From the NCBI GenBank assembly GCA_021807085.1, contig JAKAPM010000001.1:13226-77225 (forward strand): a stretch of 64,000 bases of DNA, written 5' to 3'. The notes beneath the pieces are model-generated. The model saw only the letters and a list, made by a program, of their open reading frames with translations. It was not told where the DNA came from and did no database searches. Positions 57,268 to 64,000 of the stretch are shown here, piece after piece. The stretch's first letter is position 1. Every line of letters begins with the position of its first letter. Both the position numbers and the translations under genes were made by a program. Source of the stretch: Nanobdellota archaeon. Its GTDB lineage: Archaea; Nanobdellota; Nanobdellia; Parvarchaeales; Parvarchaeaceae.

Positions 57268-58293
57268 ATGGTGGGAAAAAACCGAGTAAAAATAGCAGTT
57301 ATAGAGGGGGATGGAGTTGGGCCAGAAGTAATCGGTGCTGCGATAGAGGTGCTCAACAGAGTAAAGGAGAAGTATAACCTCAGTATAGAATATGTCTACA
57401 CGGAAGCTGGGTTAAAGTACGTCGAAAAATACGGAACCAACCTTCCTGACAAGACAATTGAGACGCTAAAAGAAACAACATGCCTTTTGAAGGGACCTAC
57501 AACGACACCGGAAGGCGCTACGTCGCTAAGAAGTGCCAATGTTAAGATAAGACAGGCTTTGGATTTATATGCTGACGTTCGTCCGTGCAAAACCATGCCA
57601 AATGTACACAGTGTGAAGGAGGGTGTGGACTTAGTTATAGTAAGGGAAAATACTGAAGGAATGTACGCTGGATACGACTTCGCCGTCGGTGAGGATGCAG
57701 CCATAGGCGTCAGAGTCATAACTAGGAAAGCTTGCGAGAGAATAAGCAGGTACGCATTCGAACTTGCAGGAAACAGGAAAAAACACGTGACCTTTGTCCA
57801 CAAAGCGAACGTACTGAAGGCCTCCGACGGGCTGTTCAAGGAAGTGTTCTACTCAGTTGCCAAAGACTATCCAGATGTGGCCGCGGACGACGCGCACGTC
57901 GACGCGATGACGCAGTGGCTCATAAAGCAACCCGAAACATACGATGTCCTAGTGACAGAGAACCTATTCGGTGATATCATATCAGACGAAGCTGCTATGA
58001 TTGTCGGAGGTATAGGCACAGGAGCATCGGCGAACATTGGAAAGAATTACGCGATGTTTGAGCCGGTACACGGCTCGGTGCCAAAGTATGCAGGCATGAA
58101 TAAGGTGAACCCTATAGGCACCATTCTCTCCGTCAAAATGATGTTGGACTGGTTGGGTTATAAGGATGCTGCATTCTCCGTAGAGAATGCAGTTCTCGGT
58201 GTATTAAAGAAGGGGAAGACTCTCACATACGACCTAGGTGGCACTTCGAAGACTTCTGAAGTCGGAAAAGCGATAGCTGACAGGATAGAGTAG
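57268..58293 (+). CDS. Isocitrate/3-isopropylmalate/homoisocitrate dehydrogenase family
   Basis: NLFGDIISDEAAMIVGGIGTGASAN signature. Confidence 0.8.
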   Translation: MVGKNRVKIAVIEGDGVGPEVIGAAIEVLNRVKEKYNLSIEYVYTEAGLKYVEKYGTNLPDKTIETLKETTCLLKGPTTTPEGATSLRSANVKIRQALDLYADVRPCKTMPNVHSVKEGVDLVIVRENTEGMYAGYDFAVGEDAAIGVRVITRKACERISRYAFELAGNRKKHVTFVHKANVLKASDGLFKEVFYSVAKDYPDVAADDAHVDAMTQWLIKQPETYDVLVTENLFGDIISDEAAMIVGGIGTGASANIGKNYAMFEPVHGSVPKYAGMNKVNPIGTILSVKMMLDWLGYKDAAFSVENAVLGVLKKGKTLTYDLGGTSKTSEVGKAIADRIE

Positions 58294-58317
58294 AATCATC
58301 GTCATGGCTTATACGGA

Positions 58318-58392
58318 TGGGGCAGCCGGGATTTGAACCCGGAACATCCAGAGCCCAAGTCTGGCATCATAACCAAGTTAGATCACCACCCC
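58318..58392 (-). tRNA. tRNA-Pro (anticodon UGG)
   Basis: anticodon stem CCAGA/UCUGG loop CUUGGGC, T-arm CCGGG-UUCAAAU-CCCGG. Confidence 0.7.
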
Positions 58393-58671
58393 TACGGATG
58401 CATAACGATTATACTGGTTATGGGTATAAAGTCTTAACTATCGGACTCGAAAGGAGTGTCAGATTCTTTTGACAGGTGCTAGATAGAAGCCGAAATAAGC
58501 AGCACTGATAGTGTTATGCAGTAACTCGGTGTGCCCAGAAACCGAGTCTCTGCTTCGGAAGGATGTAGACCATCGAGGAGTATGAAACCACCATAGAACT
58601 CTTCTAGAGTGTGGAGTATAAGCTGTGCCTAGCTGGAAGAAAGCCTTTGCCGCGCATAAAGGGGACTGCAA

Positions 58672-58863
58672 TCAGTCTAGGTTGGAGAAGTTGATTATGT
58701 TATCCTCGTCTATCGTTCCTAGGAATATAGCTCTGCAGCAGTATCTGTCGAGCCCAAGCTCGTCTAATACCTCCTTCGTCGGCCTTTCCTTGGTTCCCTC
58801 TTTGTATTTCTCCCAAAGATGGGAAATCGGCTTGCCGCAGCTGTAGCATCGCATCGGTATCAT
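58672..58863 (-). CDS. rpoN: DNA-directed RNA polymerase subunit N (Rpb10)
   Basis: MIPMRCYSCGKPI...DRYCCRAIF. Confidence 0.85.
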   Translation of the reverse strand: MIPMRCYSCGKPISHLWEKYKEGTKERPTKEVLDELGLDRYCCRAIFLGTIDEDNIINFSNLD

Positions 58864-59087
58864 ATCATCTCTATAACAGTTACCGTCCTCAGTATCCCGG
58901 GCAGTTTCCTAATCTCTTTGACGAACTTCTGAATCTCTGTTGTGTGCTGTGCCTTTATCACAAAAACGGCGTCGTATTCCCCGTAGACCTGGAATGATTC
59001 GGATACCTCTTTCATAGCGGCTATCTTTTTAAATGTATTTTCGGTCAGATTGGGAGTTAGGTCGACCAGTACTATCGCTCTTACCAT
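58860..59087 (-). CDS. Stand-alone Lrp/AsnC-type RAM (ligand-binding) domain protein
   Basis: 75 aa beta-alpha-beta-beta-alpha-beta pattern resembling AsnC C-terminal domain. Confidence 0.4.
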   Translation of the reverse strand: MVRAIVLVDLTPNLTENTFKKIAAMKEVSESFQVYGEYDAVFVIKAQHTTEIQKFVKEIRKLPGILRTVTVIEMI

Positions 59088-59139
59088 GTGATTTATTGCA
59101 AAATCAATATATATAAACCTTTAGTGAACTAATTGTGCT

Positions 59140-59679
59140 TCAAGCCTCGAGTGTCTCGTTGCCTTCCTCCCAATTGACCGGACACAGGCCGCCGGTCTGC
59201 AGCGCGCACAGTACTCTGTAAGTTTCCTCTGTGCTTCTCCCGACCTCATCAGGGGTCAGCACAACGTATCTGATGTAGCCCTCTGGATTTATTATGAACA
59301 GGCCACGTCTAGAATTTCCTGTAAATTCATTCAGAACTCCAAAAGCCCTGCTTATGTCCCCTTTCCTGTCGGCTACCATTGGATAAGTTATCGTAGACAG
59401 GCGCTTGTCGAACTGCACCCAAGCTTTGTGCACATAGTGCGTGTCAACGCTGACTGCAAGTATCTCAGCATTCTTCGACTTGAACTTCTCATAATCTCTA
59501 GAAAATCCCTCTAGTTCTGTCGGGCAGACAAAGGTGAAGTCTGCTGGGTAGAAAAAGAGCACGACCCATTTACCTTTGTAATCACCCAGCTTGATTTTCA
59601 CGAATTTCCCAGTGTGATAGGCGTCGGCCTCGAAATCTGGCGCGAGATCGTCTATTGTGCATGATGTTCGTTCAGACAT
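59140..59679 (-). CDS. Peroxiredoxin (AhpC/TSA/Bcp family)
   Basis: FTFVCPTE peroxidatic Cys motif. Confidence 0.85.
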   Translation of the reverse strand: MSERTSCTIDDLAPDFEADAYHTGKFVKIKLGDYKGKWVVLFFYPADFTFVCPTELEGFSRDYEKFKSKNAEILAVSVDTHYVHKAWVQFDKRLSTITYPMVADRKGDISRAFGVLNEFTGNSRRGLFIINPEGYIRYVVLTPDEVGRSTEETYRVLCALQTGGLCPVNWEEGNETLEA

Positions 59680-59792
59680 AAAAACAGTACCTCCTTTATC
59701 GAATGTCTTTTTATATTAATAAATTCGTGCCTTAAAAAAGTTTGCACGTGACTTGTTAGATTTAAGAATTGCCAGCAATTAAGATAAACAAT

Positions 59793-59863
59793 GCGGCTAT
59801 AGTCTAGTGGTAGGACAAAAGCCTTCCAAGCTTTTGACCCGGGTTCAAATCCCGGTGGCCGCA
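59793..59863 (+). tRNA. tRNA-Gly (anticodon UCC)
   Basis: anticodon stem AAAGC/GCUUU loop CUUCCAA, T-arm CCGGG-UUCAAAU-CCCGG. Confidence 0.8.
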
Positions 59864-59974
59864 TTTCTTTTATGTTCAAAAGCAGTTAGACGCCGCTGGG
59901 TTGATTGATTTCCCTAACCTTTCTCTATCTTTCTTGTCAACCAGTGTTGATTTTTGAAAATTGGCGGTGCGCAG

Positions 59975-60352
59975 CTAATAGAGTGCGAACCTTAGCCCTA
60001 GTTTGTGCATAGCATTTGCGAATAGCTCCTGATGGGAATCTATAGACTCTTCCGTACACTCTGTCTCGAGATGTACAAATTCATGCAACTCTGCTTCGCT
60101 TAACCCTTCCGCTACGACTTCGTGAATCTCCGGTTGCGCACGGCTTGGCAATCTGCTGGACAGAAAAGAGGAAACGTATCCAGAACGTCTAAGAAGAGCC
60201 CCTAGATAGATTATTATAGTGTATTGTGTCGCAGTGTTTTTAGAACTGGCTAGGATAGTCTCATCAGAACAATCAAACATACGGTAGATTTGATGCGGCG
60301 CCTCAGTGGTATGCGAGGGTATAATGGAGATTAGATTGTCAAGATGCTGCAT
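59975..60352 (-). CDS. Small HExxH-motif protein (possible ImmA/IrrE- or SprT-like zinc metallopeptidase)
   Basis: AELHEFVHLE motif; 125 aa. Confidence 0.3.
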   Translation of the reverse strand: MQHLDNLISIIPSHTTEAPHQIYRMFDCSDETILASSKNTATQYTIIIYLGALLRRSGYVSSFLSSRLPSRAQPEIHEVVAEGLSEAELHEFVHLETECTEESIDSHQELFANAMHKLGLRFALY

Positions 60353-60436
60353 TCTACTATAAAGAGGACAGTAAATTTATATAGTTTTACACTGAACGCG
60401 CGCCATGCTTATTAACACACAATATTATAAGAAGGT

Positions 60437-61258
60437 ATGGATGTACAGGACGGACAGGTTCCAGTACAGGTACCGATGAAACCATCTGGCCGCGTACCGG
60501 GGCTTTGGAGAAGGAAGGCACTGTTGATTGTTGGCGTCGTGCTGATAGCAATTGGTGCGTCTATTGTAATGCTCGCGCTGCTTTATCCAAATGAATTCAG
60601 TCTGTTGGTTAGCGCGGTTACGTCTGCGGGTAACAGCCCGCTCCAGAACAAGACCTTCACTGCTTCGGGTGTGAGCTTCAACTACCCTGCGAATTGGGTA
60701 TCCGTTAATCTGAGCATCTTTTCAAGTCTATTTCCCACCAATAAGAGCACTGCTAACAGCACTAGGTTCGGGAACGAAAGTGAAGTCGGCCTGGTTATAC
60801 CTGCGTCGGAATTAACTGATTTCATAGCCGACGGACCGAACTTATTGTCCCAATACCTGTCGAGCCCTAGCAATTTCAGCGTTCCTCCCTTCCTCAGCTT
60901 TGTAGCGTCTGGGGCGATATCAGTGCTCAGAACTAGGTTTTCTCTCTCTTACAGCATAACAGAGGACGTGCCGAATGCAGTCATATCGAACACGACTGTC
61001 GGTGGGTACAAGGGTGTGTACGTATCGTTTTCTAACAAGACCATACTTAATATAAAGGAGGCGTTTGCAGAACTGGCTATATCTGAAGTGGACGGCGACG
61101 TGTGCTTTGTGTTCGGCCTTGCTGGAGAGCAGAAGGATGTGGTTTCTGTAAACCAGTCGTTCGACAGGGCGCTTAGCAGCATAACCTGCAACTTCGGGAA
61201 ACTCAACGCGGCGATACCTTCTGTATTGTTGGACAAGTTGCTGTCTATACTAGGCTGA
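60437..61258 (+). CDS. N-terminally anchored sequon-rich extracellular protein
   Basis: RRKALLIVGVVLIAIGASIVMLALL anchor, many NxS/T. Confidence 0.5.
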   Translation: MDVQDGQVPVQVPMKPSGRVPGLWRRKALLIVGVVLIAIGASIVMLALLYPNEFSLLVSAVTSAGNSPLQNKTFTASGVSFNYPANWVSVNLSIFSSLFPTNKSTANSTRFGNESEVGLVIPASELTDFIADGPNLLSQYLSSPSNFSVPPFLSFVASGAISVLRTRFSLSYSITEDVPNAVISNTTVGGYKGVYVSFSNKTILNIKEAFAELAISEVDGDVCFVFGLAGEQKDVVSVNQSFDRALSSITCNFGKLNAAIPSVLLDKLLSILG

Positions 61259-61261
61259 TGT

Positions 61262-61741
61262 TCATTGGTTGCTGTATTTTTCGACTGTGTTTTCTAGCGT
61301 ATCTAGGACGATTCCTGCTTGTTTGAACAGTTCCAACGTGTCAGTGTTATCGTAATAGTTCTTGAAGGCTACTACCCTCTTTGCTCCGACTTGCACCAAC
61401 AACTTAGCGCATGTAAAGCACGGTGTCATTGTCACGTATACTGTGGCCCCGTCCAGCGAAAGTCCGAACTTGGCGGCTTGTGTGATAGCGTTCTGTTCCG
61501 CATGCACTGTCCTAACGCAGTGCGTTGTTATCTTCTCAGTTGCCTGATCATACTGCTTCCTCAACATATGCCCCACGTCATCGCAATGGGGCATCCCCTT
61601 TGGAGAACCGGCGTACCCTGTAGATAGTATCCTGTTGTCCTTGACGACAACGCAGGCAGCGTGGCCCCTGTCACAAGTTGACCTGCTGGCTACTTTCTTA
61701 GTAATATCCACGAAATATTCATCCCAACTAGGTCTGACCAT
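61262..61741 (-). CDS. dCMP deaminase (cytidine/deoxycytidylate deaminase family)
   Basis: HAEQNAI and PCFTCAKLL zinc-binding motifs. Confidence 0.85.
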   Translation of the reverse strand: MVRPSWDEYFVDITKKVASRSTCDRGHAACVVVKDNRILSTGYAGSPKGMPHCDDVGHMLRKQYDQATEKITTHCVRTVHAEQNAITQAAKFGLSLDGATVYVTMTPCFTCAKLLVQVGAKRVVAFKNYYDNTDTLELFKQAGIVLDTLENTVEKYSNQ

Positions 61742-61791
61742 AAATTACATAGCAAAGATGGGATTAAATAGCTATCACCAGTTGTTGTCCA

Positions 61792-62283
61792 TTATTCGTA
61801 GTCGGGAGCCCTAACTCGTTCCAGGTTCGTACTTCCTTGGTCCCTCACATACTTGTACCAAAGCCCGTTGAACTTAACAAATGACTGCCTCTTTGAGTTT
61901 ACGAAACGCTGTACCTCGAAATCGCTGGAAGTTGCTGTGTTTGGCACCACCTTCACCACAGCTTCTATTGCAGGTTTTTCATCGTGTCTGCGTTCTAGGA
62001 TGGAAACAGGAATCGTCTGATGGGGTGGTAGATTGGTCTTTGCTGTGGAGGTAGTGTAGACATTGACTATTTTCTCTTTGCTTCTTAGGAAAAAGCTCAA
62101 CAGAAACAGTACGATTATGGCCACTGTAAGATAGGCTATAGCGTCGGCGAATAGGTTCGATAGGAAAGCTGGTAGAAACTTGTTCTTCATCAGGACTGAT
62201 ACGGTCAGACCAAAATCTAGTAAAGCGGAATACACAGAGAGCCTAACGGCTGTCGAAGAAAGTTTTTTGTGTAGCTTTACCAT
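61792..62283 (-). CDS. Small membrane protein (two N-terminal TM helices)
   Basis: 163 aa ORF. Confidence 0.35.
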   Translation of the reverse strand: MVKLHKKLSSTAVRLSVYSALLDFGLTVSVLMKNKFLPAFLSNLFADAIAYLTVAIIVLFLLSFFLRSKEKIVNVYTTSTAKTNLPPHQTIPVSILERRHDEKPAIEAVVKVVPNTATSSDFEVQRFVNSKRQSFVKFNGLWYKYVRDQGSTNLERVRAPDYE

Positions 62284-62329
62284 GCTATTTTATAACAGCG
62301 GTAATTAATAAATATTTTGATATCCGAAA

Positions 62330-64000
62330 TTATACGGAATGCCTGCCTTTTATTCTGGCAACCCACTCGGATTTAAATTCTACAAAATGATAAACCTTGA
62401 GTGTACTAAAATTTGCTATAGACTTTATGCTGCTGTCTTTGAATAAATTTGATATAATCAAACTTTTGTCTTCGCTGTCGCAGACGATATCCAGAACACT
62501 GTTAAAGCGAGTTTCTAAGATTCTGGCTAAATCGCGAGAATTTGCATTAAACATTATATACGCCCTTCTAAGTCCGTGCAACAAAATGCCGAAACCATCG
62601 GCCTCATACTGGATGCCTATAAGATCTAACTCTTGCTTAACTAGATGCTCGAGTAATCCTTTCTCAAAACGGCTTTTATAGGAAGGATTTGAAAGATTGA
62701 TAGTACTTGGATTGGTTTCCTTGTTTATATAAGGAAACTTTGATTTTCTGTCACCATTAACATCGATAGATACTTCGCTGATCCGCCCTGTTGATAGCAA
62801 CTTGGAATACGAAAATTTAAAGCGCTCTTTGTCTATCTTATCAGACAGCTTTTTAAAATGACTCTCTACATCATAAAAAGGGTTTCGAATTATTTCTTCG
62901 AGCAAAAGACTTTCATCGTCGATCTCTTTGGCGCTTTTTGTGTACTTCAAGGCATCTGAATTATATAGCCTCTTTAGTTCGGTGATATAAGAGTCTAGAT
63001 GTTTGTTTATCCGTACTCTGTCAGCTTTGAAGAGGGCATATGGGGAGACATTCCCGGACATAAGTATAAATTCCCCTTTGTTTAGTTTTGGTATGCTCTG
63101 AATCAAGTTTTGATCTGTACGATCTACAATTACTCTCTCAATATCGTTAGTAAGATTAGATCTTCCTATGAATTTTATATTTGTATTTTGTATTACACTT
63201 GACATAAGTGAAGAAATTTGTTGGTCAGAAAAGATAAACCCGACGCCAAGTTCACGTATTTTGGATATTATTGAGTGGAGGATCGGTACACCCATCGCAT
63301 AATCTTTCTCTTTGTTTATATCCAATACAGTGTGCGCATCGTCGATGACTACTACTTTTGACAAGTTCCCTCGTCGGGAAGGATTATTTATATTCATATA
63401 AAATATGTAAGAAAGCAAAAAAGAGATAATAAAATTCTGTTCGGGCAAACCTAGACGATCCATACTCACAATTACATTCGAGTTATCCCAAGCTGAAATT
63501 GGAACTCCAACAGTGCAATCAAAAACTTCGCTAGATGATAATAGACTACGTATTCTGCCAGATGTTACTCTATTGTAGTCGCTTCTAACTTGTGAACGCT
63601 CCAGAAAATTCAAAAATTCTCCGAGTGAATTCGGTTTCTCGTTCGTTTTCTCACGATAAAATGAGAGGATAGCATCGAGTAAAAAATCCCTACTCCCTAT
63701 CATCAATGAGAAACTATTTGAGAAAATGTCTGCAAAATGCCTTGCCCATTCAACTTGAGATACATTTGGAGGCGGTTCTAAGGGGTTTATCTTCAAAGTA
63801 GATTCGTCTAAGTAAATAGTATTTTCATAAACCAGTAAAGAGGTGTAATCTCTCTTCATATCAAATATTAAGTAATTAATACCAGCTCCTCTTATTTTGT
63901 TCAGTATATTAAAAATAAGGGAAGTCTTACCATGACCAGTCGATCCACTGATCAATATACTCCTGTTAAGGTCTTCCCTCGAAATAGAATAGCGTTTTGC
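62330..64000 (-). CDS. HerA/FtsK/VirB4-like P-loop ATPase (DUF87-type), N-terminus beyond window edge
   Basis: Walker A GSTGHGKTS, Walker B VVVIDDAHT; reading frame stays open from 63955 to 64000. Confidence 0.6.
   Translation of the reverse strand, partial: AKRYSISREDLNRSILISGSTGHGKTSLIFNILNKIRGAGINYLIFDMKRDYTSLLVYENTIYLDESTLKINPLEPPPNVSQVEWARHFADIFSNSFSLMIGSRDFLLDAILSFYREKTNEKPNSLGEFLNFLERSQVRSDYNRVTSGRIRSLLSSSEVFDCTVGVPISAWDNSNVIVSMDRLGLPEQNFIISFLLSYIFYMNINNPSRRGNLSKVVVIDDAHTVLDINKEKDYAMGVPILHSIISKIRELGVGFIFSDQQISSLMSSVIQNTNIKFIGRSNLTNDIERVIVDRTDQNLIQSIPKLNKGEFILMSGNVSPYALFKADRVRINKHLDSYITELKRLYNSDALKYTKSAKEIDDESLLLEEIIRNPFYDVESHFKKLSDKIDKERFKFSYSKLLSTGRISEVSIDVNGDRKSKFPYINKETNPSTINLSNPSYKSRFEKGLLEHLVKQELDLIGIQYEADGFGILLHGLRRAYIMFNANSRDLARILETRFNSVLDIVCDSEDKSLIISNLFKDSSIKSIANFSTLKVYHFVEFKSEWVARIKGRHSV

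Noticed and set aside
1-64000. CRISPR arrays, IS elements, integrases
   Set aside because: No short regularly spaced repeats, no transposase/integrase-like ORFs found on either strand; the only notable repeat is the 49-bp tRNA-derived pair.

Overview
This 64 kb window reads as archaeal chromosome. The evidence is an A1A0-type ATP synthase operon, Spt5/NusG–L11, RpoN, tRNA genes with canonical-position introns, a FlaI/FlaJ-like type IV pilus module, TATA-box promoters about 26 bp upstream of leaderless start codons, and many N-terminally anchored, sequon-rich surface proteins. Lineage cannot be fixed without searches. Bulk GC is roughly 50% in hand-counted 60-nt samples, and the features are compatible with Thermoplasmata-like or DPANN-like acidophiles. 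About 70 genes are supportable.

Housekeeping genes:
- XPD helicase, Nudix and MazG-like NTP pyrophosphatases
- CysRS with an adjacent intron-containing tRNA-Cys
- an archaeal-type and a bacterial-type AspRS, the latter next to gatCAB
- AlaX-like editing protein, family-4 UDG, dCMP deaminase, peroxiredoxin, isocitrate/isopropylmalate-family dehydrogenase, DedA
- seven tRNAs: Ser x2, Cys, Lys, Val, Pro, Gly

Accessory and unusual content:
- A minus-strand operon MazG–AAA+ ATPase–HerA/DUF87 ATPase–XPD, with a divergent Nudix gene sharing a palindromic TATA element.
- Two tRNA-Ser(CGA) genes sharing a perfect 49-bp 3' repeat, flanking a 1.6 kb segment that carries a COG1373 AAA+ ATPase (integration or recombination scar).
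- A 6.5 kb glycosylation island at about 25–30% GC, and a second GT2/GH1/flippase-like locus.
- Several compact operons of unrecognisable proteins (19.5–21.8 kb, 38.9–41.8 kb, 44.7–47.1 kb); the last contains an in-frame amber codon.
- A second HerA-like ATPase truncated at the window edge in AT-rich DNA.

No CRISPR array, integrase or transposase was seen. All family calls are from motif inspection by eye, not database searches.
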